This document shows positions 24,940 through 40,249 of a DNA stretch of 64,000 nt, piece by piece. Below the pieces are notes generated by a model. It saw only the letters and a program-made list of their open reading frames with translations, did no database searches and had not been told where the DNA came from. Origin of the DNA: the human T2T-CHM13v2.0 reference genome, Homo sapiens. Location of the stretch: NCBI RefSeq assembly GCF_009914755.1, contig NC_060934.1, one strand, 5' to 3'. Numbering within the stretch: the stretch's first letter is position 1; every line of letters begins with the position of its first letter. A program made the translations under genes and the position numbers.

Positions 24940-25900
24940 AGTGGCACGGCCCTGACGCTGCTCCCAGGTGGGCGTCCAGGACTCCAGGAGGGGTGAACGC
25001 AGGGATCCAGGGCCCTGTCAAACTCCATGCCACGGGGCGTGTTAAGAGGCGTTCCTCACGTCAGGACGCCTGCGTTCCTTACGGCTCTCCCGCTGTTCTC
25101 CTTCCCACAAAGCACCAACTTCGGAACGGCTAAACATCAACTTTCACTCTGGGAAGATACGTCTGTACAGGCGTAGCAGAAACCGCTTGGGGTCCCGGGA
25201 GGAACGGGCGCCCTCGCAGCCCTGCACGTGTTGGGGCATAGTGGATGGGTCTGACTGTCGCTCTGCCCTAAACTTTCCGCTTTTGGGGATGAGCCAAGAA
25301 AAGGAGGAAAAAAGATACTAAAAAATGGACCCACTTGTAGCCCCTCCCGCCGCCTGCAGCTCCAGGAGCCCTGCGACCTGGCCCTTCCGGCGCTCGGAGC
25401 CGCTGGCGGCGACGACCCCGCCCGGCGCAGGAGCAGTTGGCTGAGGTCGTCTCTGGAGTTCCGGCCTGAGCCCGCCCCCTGCCCCGCCAGGGACCAACCC
25501 CGGTCTCCCCGCCAGCGCATTTCCTTTCTGCTGCAGCGCCTCGCCACGGCTCCGCCCCATCTCTCCCGAAGTCCCGCCTCATCCCACCCAGACCCCACCC
25601 ATCCCGCCGCGGCCACGCCCCATCCTGCCCGAAGCCCCGCCCCATCCCGCCCGAAGCCCCGCCCCATCCCGCCGCGGCCCAACCATCCGCTAGGCCCCAT
25701 CCAGCCGAAGTCCAGCCCGTTCCGTGCCCCGCCTCAGCGCAGCGTACTTTTGGTTCAGGCAGCGCTGCAGCCCCGCCTTCGTGCTAGCCTCCACCGCTGA
25801 GGCCTAGGAGGCGACCTTGAAATTCCTGCAGTTCTAACGCCGCTCTTCTAGTCACCTTTCACCCCTCCTCCTGCTGGTGGCGGGACCCTGAACCTGGGCC
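24940..25900. promoter_or_regulatory. CpG island / TATA-less promoter of STN1 with multiple GC boxes
   Basis: The only CpG-dense stretch in the window; repeated CCCCGCCC (Sp/KLF) motifs at 25550-25735. Confidence 0.9.
25335..25450 (-). other. STN1: STN1 non-coding exon 1 (5' end approximate)
   Basis: Donor CTACAA|gtgggt at 25335/25334 inside the CpG island. The TSS cannot be fixed from sequence alone. Confidence 0.65.
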
Positions 25901-26642
25901 TCCTAGAGGTTGGGTCAGGATCAGACTATTTTTCTTTTTGATTCCTGATATGTAAAACAGATAAAAAGTAAGCAGTGCCACGAGTGCATTGTGGCATATT
26001 TTAAATGTTCATTTACAGTTGGTAAGTGACCTGACTCACACACTTAGGACTCTAGTTTCACTTGGAGATGTCAATATCTAAATTTGAGCCCTCGAGTGAA
26101 TGTGAGGTCTTGACTCTGCCAGAGACTAGCCGTGCAAAATCATGACAATACATTTTGTCTCCTTTACCCTTGTTCGGTCTACAGTCTGGAAGGTTGTACA
26201 CTTAAGAACTTTGAAAAGCTGGCATTTTGGTAAATCATGGCCACCTTGATGGTGCTTAGTCTCCAGAATTTCTATTTTAAAGTGAGGAAAGATAGCCACG
26301 TTCCACTCCCATAAAGAGCTACGTTACCCGAGACGTCAGGAATTCTTCCTAATTTACAGAGACTCTGGAAAATGGCAGGGGAGTACAGATCACCCTGGCA
26401 GACCATTCCCGGGGGAGGCAGGTGGTGGCCAAAGAGATAATTGCTAAACTATTTATCAGAGAAGGAACTTGGAGCCGCTGGAATGGAAAGTGTGTGTGTC
26501 ATTAGACCCATGGCATTTAATTACCTCCCCGGCCATTTAAGAAGCTCAAAAACAAGAGTCCTTGGTAAAATACATTGCCCAGATTCTACTGCAATGAACA
26601 CTAGGAAATGTAGGGTTTAAGATTTAATTAAGAGAAGACACT

Positions 26643-27036
<394 letters not shown>

Positions 27037-27847
27037 TCAGATGGGGAGAGACAGGTTGAGTGACATTTTCCTGACTGTACACATCTGCTCCAGGGTGAAA
27101 CCCAAAGGAGGAAATCACTACTAAGTGTCAGAGCCTGAGATGATTTCAGGAATAATGCTCATGGCGCTCAAGGGTAGAGTGTTGGATAAAAGAGCCCTCC
27201 TGGACTCCATGCTTACTGCCAGCCTTGGGAAGGACCACACCCAGGTGGTATAAGCAGAGCAGAATGTCCCAATGTCATCTTTTACAATGAAGGGAGGACT
27301 CCTTGGAGTCTAAGGGTGTTCCTTTTGATCTGAGCCCCAAACCTGAAGGAGTAGGTTGTAACTGAAACCTAAGGTGAAATGTAGAAAAGAATTTCCAGAC
27401 TGCAGAAGCATTTAGAGGAATTTGGGAGGATCCTCTTCCCTTTAGTCTCCATCAACACAGATTTCAGGTTCCCCAAGCCACCGCCTGGACGTGTATGAAG
27501 GGACTCCTAAAATCCTCAACACTGCAGGGCTCCTCTGGAATTCTGCAACACTGCAAAGCAGATATTTCAAAACCCAGCAGTTAAGATGTAATGCTAGGAA
27601 CCCATTCTTATAGCTTCTCAATGTGAAACTTGTGAACTTGGTTTTGAAGCATTTGTGACAGAATAGACAATTCTTTCTAGAAAGTTAAGGTTTTAACAAG
27701 TTCTTCTGGAAAATGAGGGGATTGAACTGGATATCTCATACCTCAAACTCAAACTATCATGTTTTAAACATGTTTTACACCTTTACAGGTGGAATTGAGT
27801 TTGTCCACTTGCAAAGTGGGTTAGATTTTCTGTTTGAAGTTTACAGT

Positions 27848-28459
27848 TGACAAAAGATTCTCTCTTTGACCAAACTCTAATCAGTCTCCTTGAGTCCTCT
27901 TCCCAATTTGTCCTCAACCTTGGCCTATAAAGACATGAACAAATGCTACATAGTTTCAAACAGCTCAAGGCTACATTCCTAGAATGACCCTAGATCCCTT
28001 TAAAGTGCCTGCCTGAGAAAACTCAAGACTGCCAAAAGTAACAAACCTGCACGTTGTGCACATGTACCCTAGAACTTAAAGTATAATTAAAAAAAAAAAG
28101 AAGAAGAATAATTTACTGTTTGTTCCAGCCAATACCTGAAGGCAAGGCCTTGTCTCCTAGCCTTTGTTGGAGGGTAGGAGCCTAACTCCAATAAGCACCA
28201 GTTAGCAAGCCTAGATGGGTCTCACAGGGACTGGTCCCCTCTCTTCTCATTTTTTGTAATTTTTTCACTTCGCAGACTCTTCTTAGGCACCTGCAATTCT
28301 TCCCTGCCCCACTGTCCCCCAATTCATTTTCTCTTTAAAAAGCCCGGTGACCTCTCTATAAATCTGAAGGGAACTCAGCTCTTTCCCCTACTGTCAATAG
28401 TTATTCAGTAAAGTGTTTTCACTGTTTTAACTAAAGTCTGACTGTGCTTATCTTTGCCA
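27848..28459 (+). mobile_element. MER31-like ERV1 LTR containing a ~60-bp L1PA 3'-end insertion (28038-28100)
   Basis: tgacaaaagattctctctttgaccaaact...gtgcctgcctgagaaaactcaag; insert gtaacaaacctgcacgttgtgcacatgtaccctagaacttaaagtataat followed by poly-A. Confidence 0.7.
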
Positions 28460-29523
28460 TAATAAAGACAACCTCTCAACATTTTTCTTAGGCTACTATT
28501 ATAACCCCAGGGATGGCAGGTGGGGGGCGGGGACATCTTCAGTCATTCAGCATATCTTGAGCTTTCTCTGTGTGCTTTGGCACTGGGCTGTGGAGGAGCA
28601 GTAATTATGCCACTGGAGCAAAAAGGGTGATGCCTGTAATATATTAAATAACAAAGTAAGAGGCTAAATTGTGATTCAATATGAAAGGAGTAGCATGGAT
28701 AATTACTGTATGAGTTACAGGAGGTAAATTGAGGGACCTCATTAAGTGAGATAATATATGTAACCACTGGAACAAGGTAAGCACTAAATAAATGTCAGCT
28801 ATTATTCATATTTACTATGGAGGTGGGATTTAAGCTGGGTGTTGAGATTATGGAGGAGCTGTTCATTCATTCATGCTTCATTCATGAAGCATATTTTAAA
28901 GGCATTTGTCAAGCACTGTAATAGACATTGAGGGTAAGAAAGAGACAAGACAGTGGGGTTCCAGCCCTTATGGAGCTTCCATTCTGTAGGGGGAAAGTGG
29001 AGGGACAATAAACAAATTGTTCTCAGTGCTTAGATGAAGTGACGTCAGGTTGAAACCGGAAGGGTTAAAAAGCCAGCCACACAGAGCTAAGCAAAGAGCA
29101 TTTCAGGCAGCAGTCAAAGCAAGGGCCACCGTGTGGAGGCAGCAAAATACTTCCCTGTTCAAGGAACAGAAGAGAGTGTGGGGAGAGCGGTTGCATATGC
29201 AATGGAGAGATAGGCAGGAGGCAGATCCGAGGGACCTTGTAGGCCATGGTTGGTGTGGATTTTAGTCTTAGTCTCACTCTATGTGAAAAGGGTACTGTGA
29301 TGCTGTGATGGAGTGGGAGCACGGCATAGGCAGCAGGATGGGCAAGTCATGTTCCTGGGTAAGCCAACACAGCAGCCTGGCTGGAGAGGGAGGCTGCAGT
29401 GGAAGCCACCTGGAGACCAAGATTTTAGTTAGATTCTGAAGGTCTTGAGCTAGCTTCTACCTTTATTCCTGTAAACAACGGGAGTTGTTAATTATTCATC
29501 AGAGGAACGATTTAATGAATTTA

Positions 29524-29869
<346 letters not shown>

Positions 29870-30049
29870 CTACGGTGGGGGGTACAAAAATGTATAAGAA
29901 GTGTTCTCAATCCAATTTACTGAATCTATCCTAAAAATTGTGTCTTACGGATATTCATCAATTGGTGGTGAAGAAACTAGAATAAGAAAACATTTCTGGG
30001 CCTAATGCAGTGGGCCTCATCTGTATCACTTGTCCTCCTGCCTCCTTAG

Positions 30050-31310
30050 CAACCTGGCTCAATCCCTTATGATGTCATCCTCCCTCTCTCTCTGGCTTCC
30101 CCTTGGCCCATAAGCACGCTCTCCTGCTCTCTTTAACATCATCCAAACTTTCCAAAAGCAGCATCTCTGAAGACCCCCTTCTCCCCTTTAACTACTGCCC
30201 TCCAGCTCACTCTCATCTCCTTTCAAAGCAAAGCTCCTTGGAAGAGTCCTAAATGCTTCCTATCTGTACTTCTCTGTGGTAGGTCTCTAATTCAACCCAC
30301 CATCATTTGGCTTATCTTGGTCTTCAACCCACCCCACCACAGCCCACCACTCGACTGACATTGCTCTCCTAAGACTCACAATAACCTTAGCAGATTCAAA
30401 TTCAATGAATACTTTTCTTTCCTTATCATTCTGTATCTTTTTTTTCTTGATGTACTAGTATTTGATGTTGATTTGATCATATTTTCTCTCAGTCCCACCT
30501 TGGCTTCCTGATGGGTTTTCTCACCTTTTAGGTTTTCCTCCTACTGCCTCTGTTTCTTCCTTCTCAGTGTCCTCTCCTGTTATCTCTTTTACATGTTGAT
30601 GTTCCCCAAGGTTCAATCTCCTGCTCATTTCCCTTCTTACCCTATGTACTTTCTCTGAGTGGCCTTATCCAAACCTATGACTTCAGTGGAAACAATCTTC
30701 TAGTGACTCTCAATTCTTCACATCCAGCCCAGAACACTCTCCTGAGTCTGTCATGTGAATTTCCAACCAGACTCTCCTGGATACCTCAAAGTAAACCTCT
30801 TCCCCATTTCTCCTTTCTAAGTCAGGATGAATGTCAGGATGAATGTCACCACCACCTGCCTTTTGTCGAAGTCAGAAACCTGGAATGTTTCAAGGACACC
30901 TCCCTCTGTTTCACCCTACAATGTAATTAGTCATGAAGACCTGTCAGTTCTGTTTTCTAAATGCGTTTTCGTAACTCAGCCTCTCTTCCCTGTTCCCACT
31001 GCCATAACCTGAGCCCAGGCTTTTGTCATTTATTGCCTGGGTTACTGACACTACCTTCCAACTAGTTTCTTTGCCTTTAGCCTGGCTTTCTTCCAATTCA
31101 TCATCTGTGCCACTGTCAAGGTGAGCCTTATAAAATGCAAATTAAACTATGTTACTCCCTTGTCTGAAATATTTCAATGGCTCTATGTGGTCTGCAGAAT
31201 AATGTTCAAATCTCTTAGCATTTCCTACCAAGTTCCTCCTGGCCTGGCCTCTCCAGGCTCATCTCCCATCAGTCCCTCATAGCCATCCTACACTTCAGAC
31301 CATCATCTCT
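30050..31310. mobile_element. L2 remnant
   Basis: Pyrimidine-rich L2 hallmarks (catccagcccag...ctcctgag; gtcagaaacctgga; gcctgggttactg; atttcaatggctc). Confidence 0.65.
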
Positions 31311-31744
31311 CCAATGCTGTTCTGAAGAATACATCCTCAAAATATTGAAGAAAGTTTGCCCAAATAAGTCTGGACTTAAATCCAATCAATAGTTTACATT
31401 GGAATACACAACTCAAGCTATTTGGAACAACTTATAGTTCCTACAATATGCCACTCTGTCTTTTGCTTCTCCCCTTCTGCCTAGGATACCATTCACTTAT
31501 TAATTAATTGATTACAAAAGTCAACTGTTCTGTATCTGCTGAGCAGACTGAAAAAAGTGCTGTATCCTGGGCATACAAAAGGAAAAAAGGCTCCAGGTGA
31601 GCCAAACAAGTAAACAGACAATTACAATATGTCATGATAAATGCTGTATAACTTAGCAGCATAAAGTGGGGGCCCTGAGTTGGAGTAATCAGAGGACAGT
31701 AACTTTTCCCCCTGCTTCATGTGAGTTATCTCTGAGAAAGGTGT

Positions 31745-32983
<1,239 letters not shown>

Positions 32984-33789
32984 CTACATTAACCAAGCTG
33001 GGGTCAGCAAGGGGAATGAGAGAGGCCCCAGGCCAAATGCATCAGATGCTCACTGTTCTTACCTGGAGTTCAGTCATTTTCAAGCATAACTGCTTTCAGA
33101 CTGTTGTGTGTCTTTGATCTCAGAGTGCTGAAATGGTTGTTTTGGTCAGTTTTGTCCAGTTTTATGTTTGCATTTTGGCAAGATGATTTGCTGATCTTGT
33201 CAGTCACCCATAACTAGAAGTTATTAGTGATATAGCTTTTAGTTAACAGCAAGTCCATTTGGTCAGGGGGAATAAGGTGGCTCAAGAATTTAAGGAGTGA
33301 AGGACTGAATTGTAGAACAAAGTCAGAAATTGCCTAGTTGTAGATAACAGTTACAGCCCATCCCGCCTCATGGACTTTGAAGGAGATTCCTGTGTCAGCA
33401 GAAGGCCCCAGGTGAACCAGGGTGCAATTCGCATTTCTGCTTCTTCTCATTCTTGGAATAAGCAGAAGCAGATATAAAAGGGAGAGATGGCTGAGGGTGA
33501 GATACCCTCTAGGTCCTTACACTTATGAGACTGACAGTGCTGCCCACTGCATCAAGAGGGCTACTTGGGTCCTTTCATGTGAGTCAAATAGCTCATCCTT
33601 CCTGTCCAAATGGCAGGAACTTGACCAAAGGATTATGACCCTTGCAAAGATGAAGAGGGCAGGAGGTAATGGGCTAGGGTTCATTCTGGAGAGCAGAGAA
33701 TGACTTTAATTAAGGAAAATTTGTGTCCCAAGAGACTGGATTGAGTACACAAGAGAACTTTGCGTTTTGTGCTTTAAAAATCTGCATCT

Positions 33790-34020
33790 TGAAGAAAGTG
33801 GAATGATGGTTGTCAGGGGCTGCGGTAGGGGGGATGAGGAGTTACTGATTAATGGGTACAGAGTTTCAGTTTTGCAAAATGAAGAGATCTGGAGATGGAT
33901 GGCAGTCATAATTGCACAATAATATGGATATACTTAATACCACTGAACTGTACGCTTAAAATGGTTAAGATGGTAAATTTTATGTTACATGTATTTTAAC
34001 ACAATTTTTAAAATTAAGAA
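33790..34020 (+). mobile_element. L1MB-type 3' end
   Basis: aatgggtacagagtttcagttttgcaa...cactgaactgtac...aaaatggttaagatggtaaattttatgtta. Confidence 0.8.
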
Positions 34021-34617
34021 AATCAAAGAATTTTTTTAGAAAGCCTGTATCACAGGGCAACACTGTGCATGGTTTGTGGAGTTTATGGTATAAAAATCTA
34101 TGTGACTGTTGCCTGGCGTTCTACATTATTCCTGGTCATTTAAGTCATAAATCCACAGTGTCTTGCCAACTTTGGAAGTTCCCATGATTACTGGTAGTTT
34201 ATGTGATAGGTGAACTCCCTTTTTTTTTTTAACTGGACTCAGGCTTATAATTAAGTGAGTGGAAACAATCAGCCAAGTCTTGATGCACATGCACTCTTCT
34301 GAGAAAGTCCCAGAGTATTGCTCTGACAGATGACAGATGTCCTTACAGGGACAGAGCTGGCAACACATCGACCTCCCTAGTGGTCACCAGCTGCTAGTGG
34401 GTCCACCAGCTGGAAAACACCTTTGTGTTATTCTTATATTTCTCTTCTCATAAAAATGCTACAAAGATTGTAAGGCATTTGGAGCTGGGTAAAGATTAAG
34501 TTTTGGAGAAATTGGATTAATATTCATTATAATAGGCCAGGATAAAAGAATTAATGAAAATGTCAAAAAGAAAAAATAACTTTTCTTTTTAGGCAGGACA
34601 TTTATAAAAATTTATAG

Positions 34618-34947
<330 letters not shown>

Positions 34948-34988
34948 ATACATACGATTTTAAAAGTAATCTAAAGGGATGTTTTCCA

Positions 34989-35124
34989 ATTTTTTTTTCT
35001 TTTTGGTAGAGTTGGGGGCCTCACTATATTGCTCTGGCTGGTCTTGAACTCCTAGGTGCAAGTGATCCTCCCGTCTCAGCCTCTCCAAATGTTGGGATTA
35101 TAGGCCTGAAACACCGCACCCAGC
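34989..35124 (-). mobile_element. Alu monomer (FLAM-like)
   Basis: Single arm with poly-T. Confidence 0.82.
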
Positions 35125-35548
35125 TCCAATTTTTAAAATGTTGAGTATATATTAATTACAAAAGCTATTTCTCTTGAATCTCTCAAATGTGATGTGGAAT
35201 GAAAGAAGGCAAACACAGAAGACAGTACATATCATATGACTCTATTTATATAAAGTACAAAACCAGTCAAAGCTGTTCTATGCTATTAGAGGTAAAGAAT
35301 CAATTACCCTTTGATGAAGGGTGTTGACTTCAAAGGAGCATGAAGAGGGCTTGTGGGGCTACTGGTTATTTTGTGTTTCTTGATCTGTAGCTATATTATA
35401 TTTCAATAAAGTATTTTTTTCAAGTTTGCATTCTTCTTAGTGTTTACAGTTACATTTAAAGTTGAGAGGAATTAAAAAGTGAGTGTGTGAATGTGTAAGA
35501 CCCCACATTTTGCCTTCTTGTCACTCGTATGGAAAAACTGATCATTTT

Positions 35549-35791
<243 letters not shown>

Positions 35792-35864
35792 TTAAATGTT
35801 AATGTGATTCCAGAGAAGACACAGAGCATTATTTTGTACTTTGCTTTATTTTTCAACATGTGCC

Positions 35865-36471
35865 TGTAAACCAAAGAATATCTGAGACAAGACTCAATTT
35901 AGGAAGTTTATTCTGCCAAGGTTAAGAATGCACTCGTGACATGGCCCCAGGAGTCCTGAAGACATGTGCCCAGGGTGATTGGGGCACAGCTTGGTATTTT
36001 ACATTTTAGGAAGACACGGGACATCAATCAATATACATAAGACGTACATTGGTTTGGTCCAGAAAGGCAAGACAACTTGAAGTGTGGTGGGGGCTTCCAG
36101 GTCACAGGTAGATAAAGGACAAACGGTTGCATTCTTTTGAGTTTCTGATGAGCCTTTCACTGAATACGGCAATTTACAGGAACAGTCACTTAGGCCTTTG
36201 TCTGGCTTAGTGAAACAATAGGCCGAAGGTAGCAATCAGATATGCATTTGTCTTACGTGAACAGAGGAATGGCTTTGAGTTCTGTCTGTCCTTTTGTCCG
36301 CAGGGAATTTTCTTGTGGGCAGATTGTAAGGGAGGTATATAGCTTTTTTATCTTTGTAGCTATCTTATTGAGGAGTAGAATGGGAGGCAGGTTTGCCCTA
36401 TGCAGTTCCCAGCTTGACTTTTCCCTTTGGTTTAGTGATTTGGGGGTACTGAGATTTATTTTCCTTTCACA
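35865..36471 (-). mobile_element. MER4A-family ERV1 solo LTR
   Basis: TG...CA termini (tgtaaacc...ttcctttcaca); 4-bp TSD tgcc at 35861-35864 and 36472-36475. Confidence 0.82.
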
Positions 36472-37310
36472 TGCCTATAGGTTCAAGTAGCCATGACATT
36501 TCATGAGCATTAGCATAAAGCTGGGCGGCTGAATAGAATTTTGTTTCTCTTATCAACTTATAATTTTCCCCAGGGCTACTTTCAATCTAGGAAAAATTTA
36601 ACTCCCCAATGATGTCAAAGACAGCATATTCCAGAGATTAATTAACGAGTCACCCAGAGAAGATAGAAGTGCTATTATGCTGACATGTTCAAGGGCTAAT
36701 CGGTTCTGATGATGTAATTTGCAGTAGTGCTTGATGTATATTAGCCTGATGGGTGACAGCTGCTCTGGGCCCAGATGATTAAAGTGTGAAGCACGAGGGT
36801 GGGGTGGAGGGTCGTCGGGGTGTGGTGAGTGCTTTCAAATGGAAAGAGAGTTTTTTTATAGAGCCAGAGTGAATACAGCCTGGTTATGCTGGTTACCTCA
36901 CCTACCACCTAGAAAGCCTGTTTAATCATCTCTTTATCTACACAGACTTTATCAGGCCTAACACAATCTCCACTCCCGCCTCCCCTCAGCCAAGACCGCC
37001 CCAGTCAACATTGGCTGATGCTCCCTTCCCCAAACAACTGTGCAACTTACAGTCAGCATCACATACTTTAGCACCTATTTCTTCAATAGTTATTTCAGGA
37101 ATGTGTACCATGTTCCCCAACTTAAGCATAAGCTACTTAAGAACATCATTTTTTTCTATGTTCTCCACAGCATGGGGGATAAGCATAAAAGTTCAATAAA
37201 AAAATAACTGGAGCAAAATTTTGATAATTATTCAAGCAGAGGGATGGTTACACGTGGGTCTATTCTACTTTCTTTCTACTTTTGTGTGTGTTTGAAAATT
37301 CCCTTGATAG

Positions 37311-37622
37311 CAGGGCTGGCAGATTTAGCCAATCAAAATGCAGGATGTTCAGCCACATTTGAATTTCAGGTAAACAATGAATAGTTTCTTCTTACTAAAC
37401 ACTTCTATTATATTTTATTATAATTACTTATTTATGTCTATTTGATGTGATCATTTAATTTATAACAGTATCATTCATATTCTAACATTACATTTCTATT
37501 ATAGTATGTTATGTTTTTATATTATTAATATTTTATGGTTCCATGAGACGTACTAAAAAGCTATTTGTTGTTCATCTGAAACGCGAATTTAACTAGGTGT
37601 TCTGTATTTTATCTGGCAACCT
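37311..37622. mobile_element. MER53 palindromic DNA element with an expanded AT-rich centre
   Basis: Arms agggctggcagatttagc...tttgaatttcaggtaaacaatgaata and tatttgttgttcatctgaaa...aatttaactagg...tatctggcaacc. Confidence 0.75.
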
Positions 37623-38169
37623 AACTTGCTAAAACTTAAGAACATAATTGGTGATTAATCAATGGGCTAAAAGAAAGCAGATGGTAGAAACACTGCAGTG
37701 CCTCTTAGAGTGAGATCTGGTGTCACTTGCATTAGTATCTTCTGTGGAACCTGTTAAAAAGGAAGGCTCCAGTGGCCTCCTGTCCCAATCCTGGAGCCAC
37801 CAAATTGGGTTATTTCTGCTGGTGGGACTCTGCATTTGCAGTAAGAGCCCCAGGTGGTTCTGATGCTGTTGCTAGCCAACCTGTTGCCTTTGATGTTTCT
37901 AGTTTTTCTGATGTGATCTTTTATTTCCTTGTAACTTGTTTCCTTGGCCTTGTTTCAGCAACTTCTACTCCATTTTTATGTCAGGGACATGACCTAAGAG
38001 ATGTTAATATTTCTACTCAATGACTCGCTAAATATTACAAATCAAATATAGTCACATAGTCACAAACCTTCTAGCAGCATTTTTTAGTTGACCTACTCCT
38101 TAGAATGCATCCAGTGGCCCAGCGTCTTAACTACTGATGTATATTCTATTCATATATATTCATTTTGTT

Positions 38170-38471
38170 GTTGTTGTTTTGTTTTTTAAGAGACAGGGTC
38201 TTACTCTATCACCCAGGCTGGAGTGCAGTGGTGCGATCATAGCTCACTATAACCTTGACTGGCTAGGCTCAAGAGATCCTCCCACCTCAGTCTGCCCAGC
38301 AGATGGGAGTACAGGTGTGTGCCACTAGGCCCAGGTAATTTTTCAATTTTTTGTAGGGATGAAGCCTCACTACGTTGCCCAGGCTTGTCTTTAAGTCCTG
38401 GCTTCAAGTGATCCTCCCGTCTTGGCTCCCAAAGTGTTACGATTACAGGCATGAGCCATCACACCCAGCCA
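38170..38471 (-). mobile_element. Alu (AluJ-like)
   Basis: Full dimer. Confidence 0.9.
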
Positions 38472-39495
38472 GATATATTCATTGTTATTGATAGATTATA
38501 ACTGACAGAATCGCAGCTCCCTGTAGTGTATTTTAAAGCCAGGGCTTATGGACAGATGCTGTAGAGTGACCAAACATTCTTGCGTGCTTGGGACTGTTCA
38601 GTTTTAGCGCTGATGTTCCCATGCCCTAGGCTTTTTCTCAGTCCTGGTTGCTCCTGGTCATCCTACCTGTAGGTCAGGTTCCCCATTCTCAGACTCTGAG
38701 GATCCCCTGTAGGGGAATATTAGCAAACACTTTCAGGAGCTGAGCCCTGAGTGGGTGAGGGAAGCAGGATTGAGTAGAGGGAAAATGGGGTTTTACTGGC
38801 CACTTTCAAGGTAGGGTGACCTCATCCAAAATTATGCCCTGCCCTCAGGGACAGTAACCAGTTGACACATCCCCAGAACTTAGTGCATGACATTTCTGAT
38901 TAACTATCCCAGCTCTAGAACTTTCTGTGGGATCAGCTGAGGCCTCTATTGTAACTGCCCTTCAATTCAACTTGTCCTTCTGTGCAATCCTGCTTCCCTC
39001 ATGCCCTCAGGGCTCAGCTCCTGAAAGCATTTTCTAATATTCCCTATCAGGCAAATCTCAGAGTCTGACAGCCCAGAGGAACCTGACCTACAACAGCAGG
39101 CACAGGGGTAAAGTGGTCCTAGGAAGCAGCGTCTAATGTAGGATTTTGAAGCTGGGTCGCTGCTGACTGGCTGGTGATGAGAACCCTTCCCTAGTGGTAG
39201 ATGGAGTCCCTGGTGGGGCAAGACTTTCACCAGTGGTAAACTGGAATGGGCTGAAGGCCCATCCAGAGGTTTGGGGAAAGTAGTAATTTAAGGACAATAA
39301 AATGGCATGGTTGTTACTGGCCACTCTCAATGCATTGGAGAGAGACGATGAAAGGTTATGGGTGATTAACCACCAATTTCAGGCTGAATGTAAAAACCAG
39401 AAGATCTTCTTGGCAGCACAAGAGACTCTCATCTCCTGCAGTCAGAGTTTGGACCTCCTGAAGATGAGACCCAGAACTTAAATTAGAAAGCCACA

Positions 39496-39808
39496 GCTGG
39501 GCGCTGGGGCTCACACCTGTAATCCTAGCGCTTTGGGAGACGGAGGAGGGAATATTGCTTGAGCTCAGGAGTTCCAAAACAGCCTTGGCAACATGGTGAA
39601 ACCCTCTCTCTACAAAAAACACAAAAATTAGCTGGGCGTGATTGTGCGTGACTGTAGTCCCAGCTACTTGGGAGGGTGAGGTGGGAGGATTGCTTGGGCC
39701 TCAGGAGGTTGAGGCTGCAGTGATCCGTGATCGTGCCACTTCACTCCAGCCTGGGTGACAGAGTGAGACCCTGTCTCAAAAACAAAACAAACCAACCAAC
39801 CAAGCAAA
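39496..39808 (+). mobile_element. Alu (AluJ-like) inserted in the ERVL remnant
   Basis: Full dimer with (A/C)-rich tail. Confidence 0.9.
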
Positions 39809-40249
39809 CAGAAGTCGCAGAGCTCCAGTGAAGGCAGAATTCTCAATCCTAGTGAGCTGTCTATGTCAAAGTCACAATCCTAGTTGGGAGGGAGTGGGAT
39901 CCTGAGATTTGGGGTGAGGACATATAGGCAAGTGTCCTTGTAAATTTTGACTTCCCAGATTTCCTCTGAATTCTCTGGGCCTGCAGAAGGGGCCCATTCT
40001 CCTGGTTGGTTAAAGGTTAACACTCCCTACTTTTGAAGTCAATACAGAGATTTTTGCCTTGCAAGAAAACAACTTCTTTCCCCACAGAATCTCAACGTCT
40101 CCCTTCATCCTGCCACCAAACCAGTAATGAGGGTGAGGTTACAACATAATTGAAGAGCCTGCTCAGGGAGAAAAGAGACCATTCCTCAAAGGAGCTGCAG
40201 GACCTGGACAACATATGTTGTCAGAAGCTGGAAGAGTACATAGGGATCC

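Noticed and set aside
25137-25700. 187-aa Gly/Arg-rich ORF as an independent gene
   Set aside because: It is a by-product of stop-poor GC-rich promoter repeats and begins upstream of the likely TSS. It is considered only as a possible uORF extension.
37311-37622. MER53 as a miR-1302-type hairpin precursor
   Set aside because: The central palindrome that carries the mature miRNA is degenerate and replaced by ~150 bp of AT-rich sequence.
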